Below are positions 24,894 to 36,920 of a stretch of 64,000 bases of DNA, one piece after another. A program made the translations under genes and the position numbers. The stretch is from a virus (taxonomy: Duplodnaviria > Caudoviricetes). The stretch spans positions 96,001 to 160,000 of IMG/VR virus record IMGVR_UViG_3300044712_000786; one strand, 5' to 3'. A model generated the notes under the pieces. That model did no database searches. It saw only the letters and a program-made list of their open reading frames with translations, and had not been told where the DNA came from. Numbering within the stretch: the first letter of the stretch is position 1; each line of letters begins with the position of its first letter.

Positions 24894-25077
24894 TCAGCGA
24901 GGGAGGACTCGAACCTCCAACCTCGTTCATGTAATGAACCCCTATTTACTGACTATCCTCGATTTTCTTACTAGTAGTGAAGGGTTGCAACCCCGCACTA
25001 TGTTCAAATTATCTACTTTTGTCAGCTTTTTCGGGAGGGTTACTAGCCCTGCGCTCTGCCAATTGAGCTACTCGCCG
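24894..25077 (-). ncRNA. tRNA-like RNA (Pro-type acceptor, AGT anticodon loop) with an approximately 110-nt structured insertion
   Basis: CGGCGAG/CTCGCTG acceptor, GCTC-AATTGGCA-GAGC D arm, AGGG-CTAGTAA-CCCT, GGAGG-TTCGAGT-CCTCC T arm; no encoded CCA. Confidence 0.7.
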
Positions 25078-25607
25078 ATATTTAAATTCTAAAATAAATT
25101 TTTCAAAAAGCAACCTAAAAATTCTCGTATGCAATTAGGTAATTCCCAAGAGTGACTCTGACTCCCTCAATCGAAAATTCAAAATTTAAATGTTCGGGAA
25201 AAGCACTCATTAATTCAACGTACTCATCTAAACTAGATGAATCTTCCCAACGGGCAAAGCGGCGAATAGAATTCATCTACCAAGAAGTCTTGCCACGAAT
25301 CTTATCTATAGCACCCAGCACCATCAAAGGAAAAAAGACGATGAACATTCCCACTTTAATACAAACCCACATAAAAAACTTGATAAGAGTATTCATATTT
25401 TGTCTACCTCTTTCAGTATCTCTAACGCTCGTTCATCCCCGCCGCTTCCTTCGCAAATCGCTTTAGCTAACCCATCGGGGATAGGATAGCCATGTTTTTC
25501 GAGAATACTTAACATATCTAAAGCTACTGTATGTCTACAAATAGAAGGAAAAGGAAAGTTAAGCATATTCCTTACCTCTTGAACCAAGTCATTCTTTATA
25601 TCTTCCA

Positions 25608-26081
25608 TTAGTAACTATCAGAGGAATATTGATACTCATCCCCGTTATCGTCCCCAATAGGATTGTCAAGTCCATACTTAACTGCGACTGCCTTGTATAG
25701 AGGGAGCCCGTATTGAGCATAATTCTCAAAATCTTGTAATTCATCGTCTAGCACCCACATCCACATCTTAATGACATCCCACATGAGGCTAGAAGAAATA
25801 CCCCTTTTATTAAGAGCTTTTTCGAAAGCAAAGCTCAAATCACCCTTAAGGCGTTTAATAACTTCTTCTTGAGTTAAAGGAACCGTTACGACAGTCTTAG
25901 GGTCTACTCCTTCTTTAAGGGTAAAGCCAAACTTAGACCAATCTTCTACAGGGATAAAGTCTATCAGGCGAGACAAGTCTCGATTGTCAATAAGGCTAGT
26001 AGTCTCCCCGCCTTTGTATTCGTATAGTTGTTCTAGCGTTTTCATCTTTCCTAAGTCTACCCGCTTTTTTTTCGCTTGCAA
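25608..26081 (-). CDS. Hypothetical protein
   Basis: 157 aa ORF in an operon-like run. Confidence 0.6.
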   Translation of the reverse strand: MQAKKKRVDLGKMKTLEQLYEYKGGETTSLIDNRDLSRLIDFIPVEDWSKFGFTLKEGVDPKTVVTVPLTQEEVIKRLKGDLSFAFEKALNKRGISSSLMWDVIKMWMWVLDDELQDFENYAQYGLPLYKAVAVKYGLDNPIGDDNGDEYQYSSDSY

Positions 26082-28203
26082 GAATTTTTTTTAATCTTAT
26101 TAAAATAAATCTCGTTCGCCCAATCTGAATCTTCCTTGTTGATTTCGAAGGGTTTAACAGGTTTTCGACGGCAAAGATACCAATACAATCTATCGGCTAA
26201 ATTTGTGCTCGGAACGCTGCTCCCCTGAATGATTACCCATGTCGGTACCCCCTGAGTATTAAGTAAAGCTTCTATCTTCTCTAAAGTGACCTTATTTAAG
26301 TTGACTTTGATTTCCTCTAGCCGCTTTTTAAGTTTATTCGTCTTTACCATAGAAGAGGTAAGTTGCTATTTCTTTGCCTAAATAACTAATAAATGTAATA
26401 ATACCCGAAATTACCGCGAGTGGCCAGCCGAATAGGTAAGTCAACGTATCTTCCCAGAACCTTTCCCTAAATAATCCTTTCGAATATTTATGAACGAATT
26501 TCAACTGAAACAAATTAAAGATAGCTACAAAACAACCAATCAAAAAATAAGCTATTACACACGAGAGGACAATAGCCCCCTCGCTAAGTTTGACTGTTTC
26601 AGCTTCGGCTAACATACGTCATGATTCCTTCAAACCCGCTTCTTCTATAAGCTGTTTTCGTTTCTCCTGATATAAAGCGTAAGCCATAGCCATATTAGTA
26701 ACTAGAGCTACTTCTCTACTAAATTCTCCTTGCCCAATTGCCAAAACTAACTTCCCGCAGCAGTAGTCGTTAAACTTGTTATAGTCATATTTTAAAAAAT
26801 CAGAGCCCCCACCAAAACCAACAAAATACATTAAGCTTAGCTCTTTTTCAATCCTCTGCTCGGCAATTAGTAAGTCTCTCTTGCTCATTTCTTTTTCTTC
26901 TTTTTGGGCTGGCGCAATTCAATCTGCTCGGCTAAAAAGACGCCTACCTGAATATAGTCATACGCCTGATTACTATACTCTTCAGCTTCCGCATCCATTC
27001 CTACTTGTTTAAAAGTGCGGCTAGCAAACTCGCTTTCCTTAGCACATAGCTCTAACTGGCGAGCAGCCCGTGTCATAGCGTTAATTGAAGGTATCATCGG
27101 CATCCTTGCACAATTTCCCAAGCCCTAGCCGCCCGACTTGCCTTGCGGCAGCTATTATCACGGAAGACCTTGCTAATAAGGTCAGTGTTAATCTTTTCGC
27201 CCTTTTTCAAAAGCTCCGCTTCGCTTTTTAGGGTCTCTTCTTTAAAAATTTTCTTCATATTTGAATTCTATTTTAAATTTTTCAAAAGTCAATAGTGTTA
27301 ATTAGCCTTTGAATAATAAACATCTCTGGACATAGCCTAGATACTCTGGAGAAACGGACTGTCCCCTTAACAAACTCCCAAAGAACCACATTGATTCCAT
27401 TTAACTGGGGGCAGTACATTGTTGGATGTTTATCTATAGCTCTCGTTAAACTTTTCATATTTCACTAATAACAACTTCTCCACCCTCCGCGTAGCTGAAA
27501 TAGCTTTCCTTTTTACCGAAATATTTGACTTTAGTTCGATAAGTACCCGATATTGAATCTAGATATCTCAGGGGAATATTTGTTTCTACTTCTCTGAATA
27601 ACCATGGATTATCACTGAAAAGAAACCCGCCCATTCTAGACATATGAGGATTCAGAGAATTCTTCAGTCGCTTCATTTAATAACTAATCTAAAGGTATCT
27701 TCCTTACGTTGTTTGGAAAGCTTCTCTAAGTATAACAAAGCCTGCTTCCTACCTTCTTTATTATGAGGAAAAGCCCCTTGAATGCGCGTTCCACTGTAAA
27801 TACAGTAAAATTTAACCTTTTTGGGCATTTTCAATCGTCTTGTTAAGATAATGAGCTTCCCATTTTGCTCCCAGCTTGCGAGTTAGCTCCGCTATTTTTC
27901 TGCTCTCAAAATCGTTCTTAGCTAATACCAGCTTCAGTTTCTTGCGCCCTTCTTCATCACTTAATTTCCCAGAATCAATTTCGTCAATAGTATTAGCTAA
28001 CTCATTCCACCAAAATTCCACGCTTTGAGCAACGATTTCTCCCTCTTTTTTTAATTTATTTAAATTCGGCTTCATGCAAAATCTGCATTAACTGCTTGAT
28101 ATGAAAGGTCATAGAACTTTCTGCGACCTGAATATTTCCCTCGAAAAGAGACTTATCTTGCTTATCCGTAAGTAAGGAAAGGACTAGCATGTCCTCCAAC
28201 AAA

Positions 28204-28611
28204 CTAATTGCTTGTTCTTTTTTGTTCTCGTTCATTTAATATTAATCCTATAATATAAGCATAGAGAGGGCTTATGCTTAAGTCGAGAATTTTATTCAAA
28301 TGGTCTGTCTCTAATTCGGATAAGGGGACATATTTAGTAGGTTGGTCTCCTTTAGGGCCACTCGTTCCCCAAAGCAATTTCTCCTTGATAGTGTTTATGC
28401 TATCATTACGAGTTAAGCAAAAGTCCGCAACAATCGCTTTAGTATTCTTTCCCTTGGTTCCGCCTCGCCTACAGTAGTCATTTCCACCGTCAACAAACAC
28501 GAAACTACCATCAGCAAAAGTATACTGGTTAAAATGATGTCTACTAACGGAAGCTACATAAGTAGTTTTTCCTTTTTCTATAACTTTAATGGCGTTTTGA
28601 ATCAGGTCCAT
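28204..28611 (-). CDS. Conserved hypothetical phage protein
   Basis: SVSRHHF...VDGGNDYCRRGG motif and LLWGTSG. Confidence 0.6.
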   Translation of the reverse strand: MDLIQNAIKVIEKGKTTYVASVSRHHFNQYTFADGSFVFVDGGNDYCRRGGTKGKNTKAIVADFCLTRNDSINTIKEKLLWGTSGPKGDQPTKYVPLSELETDHLNKILDLSISPLYAYIIGLILNEREQKRTSN

Positions 28612-29165
28612 AGATATCTCCTATTTTGAACTATCCAAGTTAAGTATTCGGTATCTTTATTTTCTAGCTCCGCTTCTACCTTATAGACTTTATCGTATAC
28701 ATTAGGGGGAGTCTTACCCGCCATAATATCTTCTATAGATATATTGGGATAACTTTGTTCTAGCTCTTTTTCCTTAGCGGGGCGACCCTCTTTAATCCAA
28801 GCATAAATTTCTTTGATTTTAGCAGCAACCTCTATGTCTTTTTCGTTATTACCCCACTCGATTACTTCAAAACATTTCTCTCCTTCTACATAATGGACAA
28901 GTCCATTAAAAAGAATGACTCGGAAAAGCTCATCTTTATCCCGCCAGCAACGGGGGACGCCCTTCATTAGCCACTTATTTTGAGGAAAGAAGAAATTCCT
29001 TACGTGATAATAGCCCAACCTCGTCTTTAAACGATTAATTCTAAAGAGCAATTCTACTCGCCAGCCAAGACTCTTCATACCTAATTTTACCACTTTTTTT
29101 TCAACAGTCAATGGCATATTCTTTAAAATGAGCTTTAAAATGCTCAAACGCTTGATTCGGCTCAA
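28602..29165 (-). CDS. Hypothetical protein
   Basis: 187 aa ORF overlapping its neighbours. Confidence 0.55.
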   Translation of the reverse strand: MSRIKRLSILKLILKNMPLTVEKKVVKLGMKSLGWRVELLFRINRLKTRLGYYHVRNFFFPQNKWLMKGVPRCWRDKDELFRVILFNGLVHYVEGEKCFEVIEWGNNEKDIEVAAKIKEIYAWIKEGRPAKEKELEQSYPNISIEDIMAGKTPPNVYDKVYKVEAELENKDTEYLTWIVQNRRYLWT

Positions 29166-29327
29166 TCATCTGAACGAAAGGGTGAGTTTTTATTAGATTA
29201 CTAAAAGTAACTCCGTCGCTTCTATTTATTAAAATAAGAAATACGCTATTCTTTCTCTTCTCTACAGATACAGAATAAGTCAATTCTTGAGGCTTAATCG
29301 CCGCTGTTCCTTCAATTGTAGCTTCCA

Positions 29328-30329
29328 TTATTTGGGTCCATTTACTAAGATGGGCTCATACCAATCTATTCTGCTTAAACTCTTCTGGGGTCCGAATCTA
29401 ACGGTGTGCTGATGTCCTATTCTAAAATGCATCCTAGGACTTAAGTGACTGCCACCCAAATAGTTAGCTTCAGTCTTAATTTTATAGCCCTTGCCAATAT
29501 AGCTAGGGTGCCATAGAGCATCTTTACTTAGTTGTCCCTTCTTAAACCTAGCCTCTCTCGCTATAGAACCACTACTAATCATGCCAGACCTAGCGGACAA
29601 TACTAACAAAATTTTAACTGCTAACTGAGTTAATTTGCCAATAATTTCTCTCTCTTCTTCTTGGGGAGGTATCGGGCAATCATGCTTGCATAAGCTATCT
29701 CCCAAGCCCTCGCTAATTGAATTAAACAGCTTTCTTTCCATCGCTGTAGTATCTTCAAAGTAAGCGTCATCTTTAAAGAGGGTAGTTAAGTCATGGCCTA
29801 AATGATACCAACTCGCGTAACTAATAGCGAAACCATCATCGGGAATAAACAGAAATTGAAACCCCAGAATATCTTTGCCTACAGGAAGAGTTTTACCTCC
29901 CTGAGATACTACTTGATTTGCGTCAATCTTAGAAAAAGCAATATAGGGAATGCGCCACTTAATACTATTGAAGATGTATCCCTGAGGCAGGACGAAGAGC
30001 ATAGAGTCTAGCGGCAACTTTATATCGCTAAACTTAATATCTAAGGGAGGCTTAGTATAATCACAAGCCATTAAGAATTCGGGCTCTACAAAGTAAGTAG
30101 GAAGCCGAAATCTTAAAAGATTTTCCATAATAGCCGCAATGACACAATTAGTCTCACTAGGAAGAAGGTCCATGTCAAACCCACCCCTCGCGGCTATACT
30201 TAAAGAGTAATACTTGGGGTCATAGTATCCGTTAGGACATACTATCCTTCTGGGGTAAACTAAATTCCAGAGTTTGGGGCTATTATCCTTAAACTCTTCT
30301 ATTTGCGAATCTAGCGGGGGAATTTTCAT
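29328..30329 (-). CDS. Hypothetical protein
   Basis: 333 aa with C-terminal SPRMHFRIGH motif. Confidence 0.65.
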   Translation of the reverse strand: MKIPPLDSQIEEFKDNSPKLWNLVYPRRIVCPNGYYDPKYYSLSIAARGGFDMDLLPSETNCVIAAIMENLLRFRLPTYFVEPEFLMACDYTKPPLDIKFSDIKLPLDSMLFVLPQGYIFNSIKWRIPYIAFSKIDANQVVSQGGKTLPVGKDILGFQFLFIPDDGFAISYASWYHLGHDLTTLFKDDAYFEDTTAMERKLFNSISEGLGDSLCKHDCPIPPQEEEREIIGKLTQLAVKILLVLSARSGMISSGSIAREARFKKGQLSKDALWHPSYIGKGYKIKTEANYLGGSHLSPRMHFRIGHQHTVRFGPQKSLSRIDWYEPILVNGPK

Positions 30330-31204
30330 TTAATACCAACTACAATCATAAACCCACTTGACATCATTAAAGTTAAGCTGATGTTCATTAGACCTTATTT
30401 CTAAGGAGTAAGCTTCATTGATAAGTTTCCTATATTCCTCAAAGTCTTTCGGAACTTCGGTTTCTTCTAATAGAATGAACTTATCTCGAAATACGTAATC
30501 AGTATGTCCATCATCGCCATAGTTCTCATGAACTTCAATAGCAACGGTTCGAACATTCTGAGAATATCTACTACCGTTATAGTTCCCTTCCTTTAAGACA
30601 GGGGGAAAATCAGTATAATAATAAAAAGCTTCGTTTAAGCGAAATTCTTGGTTAGGTTTCTCAAGGACTAGCTCGGTGGGCAGGAAACATAAAAAATGAC
30701 GCCCCCGAAGCCACTTTACATTAAAATCCTTTAAACCTATAATTTTCACAAACCTCTTTCGCTCAAATACTTATCGAGCTTATGACATTGCTGAAAAACA
30801 GAAAGCTTTTTATTCTTTTTTAATTTTTCGTAGAATTTATCGACTGCCTTAGTTACCTTTTGATATTTTTTAGCCATGCACCGATTCTATCGAAACTTTT
30901 CTTGAAGTCAACGACGAAGTCAGGTGCCAAAGACCGCAAAACTCGCAACGATAAGCCATAAAGCCCTTAGCGCTAGAGTCTTCCTCCATTATCTCGGAAG
31001 CTCTTAAAAATGCCGCATCGTGACTTTTAAAGCCAATCTTGCCCGTCCTAAGACATTTAGACCGTTTCATTTGTCTCTGTTTTTGCTTTACAAATATCTG
31101 AGCAAAACCAAGACGTTTTCAGGTCTTGAATCTCGGGGGTCCATCCGTCCATCCAAACATCTTTGATGTTTCGAACTTCTAACTCCTTACCGCAGGACTC
31201 GCAC

Positions 31205-31843
31205 TTAACTTTCATTTTTGTGAATTAAGAAGTATTCCCATTCGGGCCTTACAGATTCTTGAATCAGGGCGCAAGCAGGAATCTTCTTGGGTTCTTTTAG
31301 TCTATATTGAGGTTTATATTTCCATTGGGTAACAGGAATGTTACCCCTTTCGCTATTGAGTTTTTTGTCTGCAATAGCTAAATTGCCCCAAGTATTTTTG
31401 CCCTTATGACTCTTGGGAGTCATGTGTTCAATAGAAGCTTCATTTAAACTAAGCTTTCTATTAGACCAAATGCATTTACCCCCATACATCTTGTATAGAT
31501 TTCTCTTAGTGGGGTGAATTTCCTTCATTACCATCCTATCATAGTTTTTAGCAACTAAGACGATGGGGGCACGAATAGTCAGTCTGGGAGTATTAATGGG
31601 AACATCCCAAGGTCTAACAGGAAGGGAAAACCAGTCTTCACACGTAGTAGGGTAATACTCAACATCTTCGGTCCAATTGGGATTACCATCTTTGTCTAGA
31701 GTATACCGTAAGTCTAAAGCAATAGCGGCAACGTCCCCATCTTTGGTGGAGTTCATTGCCACTAAAGCCTTCTTAATCGTTATCACACCAATAGGTTGAT
31801 AAAGCGAATTAAGAACTAAAACCCATTCTTTATTTAGATGCAT
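31205..31843 (-). CDS. HNH endonuclease (McrA-like)
   Basis: VLVLNSLYQPI N-terminus; SIEHMTPKSHKGKNTWGNL...N.ERGN. Confidence 0.8.
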   Translation of the reverse strand: MHLNKEWVLVLNSLYQPIGVITIKKALVAMNSTKDGDVAAIALDLRYTLDKDGNPNWTEDVEYYPTTCEDWFSLPVRPWDVPINTPRLTIRAPIVLVAKNYDRMVMKEIHPTKRNLYKMYGGKCIWSNRKLSLNEASIEHMTPKSHKGKNTWGNLAIADKKLNSERGNIPVTQWKYKPQYRLKEPKKIPACALIQESVRPEWEYFLIHKNES

Positions 31844-31887
31844 GTCAATTACATGCTCGCAGGAATTTTTAAAAAATCAAGAAAAAA

Positions 31888-32124
31888 CTACTTGGTGGGA
31901 GGGACAGGAGGGGACATATTTTCGGTATAGGCTTGCCATACCTTTGAGCCTAGCAAGGCCCCCAGAACGACAACGACACCCCAAGGGATGTCCTCTACCT
32001 TACGATTGAGAATAGAGATAGTCGCCCAGACGGAGACAATTACAGGCACGCAATAAAGCATTACCAGACGCATGGATGACAATGCGCCATCCTTAGTCTC
32101 TTGGAAAAACTCTAGAATTCTCAT
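31888..32124 (-). CDS. Small two-TM membrane protein (holin-like)
   Basis: SSMRL followed by two hydrophobic helices. Confidence 0.4.
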   Translation of the reverse strand: MRILEFFQETKDGALSSMRLVMLYCVPVIVSVWATISILNRKVEDIPWGVVVVLGALLGSKVWQAYTENMSPPVPPTK

Positions 32125-34177
32125 GCAATTTTATGAAATTCAATGATTTTCGCTACCTTAAAAGACCTAACGCCATGTTTATAAGCATAAACCGTGACCC
32201 TGTCCCCGTCAGAGCTAATAGGATGACTTACCCTATAGCTATGTATTTGACCATTAGCCTTTCTATATTTAAGAAAGTAATTAGATGTCTGTGGAATATC
32301 CATATTCTAATTATTGATGTCTTTTAGGATTTTGTCAACATTCATTTTTCAATCCAAGGGTTTTCAAGGGGTAAATTAGTAAGGACTTCCTCCTTAACAC
32401 CTATTTCCCTATGCGCCCGACATACAGAGCACCAACCGCAGGGTTTGGGAGTGGGGTCTTGTTCTTGCGCCCCCCATCTTATCTGAGGACTAAAATTGGG
32501 ACACGAAATACTAGATATAATAGACCTAAGTCTATTCACTTCATTTTTAAGTTCAGTTAGGGACTGTTCCATAAATAATATCCACGTTGGACAACGATAT
32601 AAAATATCACCCAAGCTTGTCTCCGAAATTCAAAAGTATAAGTAATTCCTCCAGCATTATGGAGCTTCATTATATTTTCCTGACTTAAGTTCTTATGACT
32701 AAAAAAAGAAGTTAGAGGCTCACGAAGGCTTTTCATTTTTTAGGAGGCTTAGAATGGTAATTGGCTATGTAGTTAATAGAACACACAGCGCCCGAAACAA
32801 TAAGAGCAGTCGCCGCAAATGTGCATACAAACATTAAAAGCTCTTTACTTTGAGCCAAAATTATTACTGCTATGCTGATAATAAGAATAGCGATTATCGA
32901 GGCTACTACGTAAGCTAAGTAAATCATTTATTCTCCAAAATTACAGAATTAGTTTTAAAATATGTGTTAGGGTTGTTCCAAAAATCAAATCTACTACCCG
33001 CGTATGTTTGGATATACCAGCTAGACCATGCAAGTAAAAATATAACAGTCAATACAGCCGCACTAAATTGTACTTCCTTATTACTGTTTATTACTATAAG
33101 GAGATAAACAATAGCTGCAAGCGTAGCGCAACTAACTATTGTCCAAAATACAACTAAAGCTAATATTAGCATAATTTAAAATACTCCTTTAGATACAAAC
33201 AAATTGCCATCGGCATAGAGAGAGTTTTAACCATTATTCCTTCTTCGGTTATAGTTACTAATCCTTCTTCCATACTAAAGGTAGGCTTGCACCCCTTCAT
33301 AATACCCATTTCCAGAATATACAAGGCATCTGTATAATTATCATGGAAAGAAGGAACAGAACAGACATACTTATTATCATTAAAGACAACCGCACCATCT
33401 GAAATTAGCTTAATATGCTCATTCTCCCTGAGGGCTCCCATAACCCTTTCGTAAAGTAGAGCATCAAGTTCGTTAGTGTTCATATTTAATTAACTGAATA
33501 TCAGGAATAAGTATAGGAAGTCTGTCTCTAACCTCCGACCAGACCACCAACACAGGCTCTAATTTTAGATGATAAATTAATTTTTCATAACTGAGAAGTT
33601 GACACATTCCGCGCTCGAAAAGAAAACGTCTATTCATGATTGAACCTTTCAATGAGATTTGGTATAAAGAGACCCCACCAAACCTTAAACTCAATTTGAG
33701 ACCCAACTACGTAGCGCCTGTTCATATCGGAAAGACAGGCTTTTTCCCATGCCGCAAAGCTCGGATTTTCCCTCAACTCGATTCTACACGAATTCATCTA
33801 ATTAAATGATACTAGATTTTTTTCGTGTGTCAATCGGGAATCGGCTCATGTTTTGCCAGAGCTTCCCAAATTTTAAACCATCGGCTTTCTGTCCAATCTT
33901 GCACATAATAGATTACACTTAGTCAAGTTCTATTAAAGCCTCATATTCGGGAGTTTCTCTATAAGGAGAGCAGTCTCGCATTGCTTTTAAACAACGCCTA
34001 AGCGAATCGACTGCTTTTCCCGTCTTATTCTCAATAAAACACTCCATTCCAACTAGTTCTAAGATTTTGACAGGAAATACTTCGCTATCTACATTCCGCT
34101 CAACTATATCCGCCCAGTGTGGCGAGCAAGCCTGTATCATCTTAAACTCTTTTTCAGAATAATCAGCTTTCATATAG

Positions 34178-34271
34178 TGGCGCAAACGGAGGGATTTGAA
34201 CCCACATTAGGCGTTATCCAATTACGGTAGTTTCGTGCCCAAAGTTTAGGAAACTTTGCCGATACGTTTGC
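34178..34271 (-). tRNA. Atypical tRNA-Arg(CCT)-like RNA with the D-arm-like hairpin placed 3' of the anticodon arm
   Basis: GCAAACG/CGTTTGC-G-CCA; CAAAGT-TTCCTAA-ACTTTG; CGT-AATTGGATA-ACG; GTGGG-TTCAAAT-CCCTC. Confidence 0.65.
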
Positions 34272-34272
34272 A

Positions 34273-34716
34273 TTAATCTATAATAATCTTTTTTTCTACC
34301 CTCATCGCCTTATCAATCATGAGCCTTCCCAATACGGTAGGATTGGGGTGGCTAATTGACCAATAGTGAGGGCGCAACTCATGTCCATAGGCTAGATTCA
34401 GAAACAAGCAAATAGCCCCGCTACGGCTAATTCCAGCCGCACAATGAACCGCGAAATTATCTTCCTTATTCCTTTCGACAAAGTCAACAATTTCATGGGC
34501 TTGCTCGCGGGAAATAGGATTTAGGAAACATCCATCGTAAAAGGTTTTATCTTTTACGTCAGAAAATCTCAGACGCAATAACTTGTCCGAAGGGATTTCT
34601 CTTTCGTTTAAAATAGGATAATAAGCCCCCGCTTCCTCGTTAATGGAAATAACGGCCCATCCCTTGGGGGTTCCCTCTTCCTCTACCTGATATGCTGAAT
34701 AATTAAATGCTTTCAC
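34273..34716 (-). CDS. Protein-tyrosine/dual-specificity phosphatase-like protein
   Basis: VHCAAGISRS (CX5R) active-site loop. Confidence 0.85.
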   Translation of the reverse strand: MKAFNYSAYQVEEEGTPKGWAVISINEEAGAYYPILNEREIPSDKLLRLRFSDVKDKTFYDGCFLNPISREQAHEIVDFVERNKEDNFAVHCAAGISRSGAICLFLNLAYGHELRPHYWSISHPNPTVLGRLMIDKAMRVEKKIIID

Positions 34717-35307
34717 TTCTCAAATATACCGACTATTTTTTAAAAATCAATAAAAAAAATCCCCCGAATGGCAGAAACCATTGAGGGCATAGTAAGCTAA
34801 TGAAACACGCGGAACGAAGGTTGTGTGACCTTCTAAATTAGCTCCTAACTAAATTCTCCCATATCTAAGATATCATACAAGAGCTTAAGCGTTCTATTTG
34901 AGTCTCTTTCAAACTTAGAGGATGTATCAATAAAACCTAACGTTTTGATAAAGCTCGCTACTCTCTCGATGTCTTCTAGTGGAGTTTTCATAAACGGTCT
35001 ATCATCATTTAGACAGTCCCAGAAAAAGTCGGCCACTTTAGATACGGATTTTCGGGTTCTATAATAGAAAATTTCATTATTAGCTAGACAGTCTAGCTCA
35101 TCTAAATATGAATTGATAAATTCAAGGTCTTTTTGTTTCATGCTTCTATTGCCATTTCCATTTGATACTGATAGTAAGCTACTTCATTAACCGCCGACTG
35201 AATCAACTTTTTGTCATCTGTAGCTATTCCGCTCTTATAGTATCTGAAACTTAACAAATCTAGAGCATCCTGAGATATCTCTACGTTGATGTTTACCGAC
35301 TTTGTAC

Positions 35308-35346
35308 GGGACGCATTTTTTTTCATTTATTGGCTGTTAGCGTCCC
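35308..35346 (-). ncRNA. Isolated copy of the 7-bp stem plus TAACAGC RNA motif
   Basis: GGGACGC-TAACAGCCAA-A-rich-GCGTCCC. Confidence 0.55.
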
Positions 35347-36076
35347 AAATCAGTTAAACAACAACTAACGGATTACTGGGAACGACAATGTCATATTCAT
35401 CTAGAGCCGTGCATGGATTGCTTAGCCAACCTTCTGTTTGAGAGCTAATCCATTGAGTTTGTTCTTCATTCAGTTTACTAAATGATGGTACGCCCCAAGA
35501 ACTGGAGCCGAACTTTTCACTAAACAAACCAATACCAGCTAGAGACCGAATCTTTCTTTGGTGTTTGTTCAACCACGCAACGACTTTCTTAAAAGTTTTT
35601 GTTTTATCGCCTTTATAATCGGATATTCTCATATCCCAATCATAGGGAAGATTTAACATTCAGTCAACTCATGAATTGCGCTTCCGCAATCGGAACAAAT
35701 TTCTTTCGTAACCCCTTTATCTCCAACGGTATAGGTAACAGCTTTACAGCATTTGCTTCGGGGCCTTTTCTCTACAAGCATGGAGTTGATATCCTTTAGG
35801 CTCTCCAATAGCCCAGCAATCTCATGCATAAACGATGACTCTAACTCCCGAGTCACTTTTGAATGGAAACCACTCAGCCCAGCTAGGCTTTTCGGTTTTT
35901 TGTTCTTTCGGGTCATAAATATATGCGCCTACGGAAGTCATGCCGACTACCACGCCATCCATTACGGTTTCCCTTTGGATGACTCCGTCTTTGTTTATTT
36001 CTCTAATTACTTTGCCCTTGCGATAGAGCGATACATCATCGAACATACCTAATTCTAGCAAGGCTTATGAAAACTG

Positions 36077-36661
36077 TCAATAAAAAGTTCTCAACATTAA
36101 GATGACATCCCAAGCATCATCTATAGCTCTATGAGTATAATCGGGGGTGTATATCTTAGCCCTAGCCTTACATTCTCCCGTGCTGGGGACAGCGTAGTCA
36201 GTCTTGAAGTTCATAAACATTGGACCGGGGTCCAATATAGTATGTCTAAATCGACACATTTCCATGAAATGAGGCAATTTCTGTAGAAACTGCGCGTCAA
36301 ACCCCCCGAAGTTCTTTCCCGCTGCTGTATAAGGCAACTCTATATTATTGTTTTTAAGAAATAGCTTAAAATATTTAGCTACTTCGCCTTCCCTTAAGAC
36401 GGTGATTCCAGAAGGGGATACTAATTGACCGTTTTCATCCCTCTCGGCTTCAGCTATCTCTTTCAAAACCTCCGCATTCATTGCTAAAGCCGCAGGGGTT
36501 CCAAAGTAGTTATCCCTCCAAACCAAACAATGAAATTTAGGACATTCCTCTAAGGAAAGCTTCTTCTCAGTATCTTCTACAATCGCGCCAATTTCTAACA
36601 AGTTATGCTCTTGGGGGTTTAGTCCCGTCATTTCGCAATCAATACTAATGTAAATCATCAA
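36077..36661 (-). CDS. DEDDh 3'-5' exonuclease (oligoribonuclease/DnaQ-like)
   Basis: ISIDCEMTG, GKNFGGFD and HRAIDDA motifs. Confidence 0.85.
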   Translation of the reverse strand: MMIYISIDCEMTGLNPQEHNLLEIGAIVEDTEKKLSLEECPKFHCLVWRDNYFGTPAALAMNAEVLKEIAEAERDENGQLVSPSGITVLREGEVAKYFKLFLKNNNIELPYTAAGKNFGGFDAQFLQKLPHFMEMCRFRHTILDPGPMFMNFKTDYAVPSTGECKARAKIYTPDYTHRAIDDAWDVILMLRTFY

Positions 36662-36836
36662 ACCTTTCCGATAGAAACCTTCTAGCTTCTGTTATCTCTT
36701 CCTGTTTTTTCTGAATTTGTTGACCGATAGAATAAGAATCAGAAATTTTACCGCGCTCTAAAAGCCATTTAAATGCTTTAATGTCTTCTTCTCGCTTCTG
36801 GATAAAAGTTCTGAGTAATAGTTGATTAAGCATAGA

Positions 36837-36913
36837 TGGAGACGCAAGTTGGATTTGCACCAACGAATAGCAAGGTTGCAGCTTGCTGGTTTAGACTACT
36901 CACCCATTGCGTC
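36837..36913 (-). tRNA. tRNA-Cys(GCA)
   Basis: GACGCAA/TTGCGTC, U73, CCA; GCAAG-CTGCAAC-CTTGC; T loop TGCAAAT. Confidence 0.85.
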
Positions 36914-36920
36914 CTGAAAA

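Noticed and set aside
24894-25077. tmRNA or group I intron-containing tRNA
   Set aside because: No G3-U70 Ala identity and no tag ORF; the insert (about 110 nt) lacks a P4-P6 domain, and removing it does not restore a paired anticodon stem on the 3' side.
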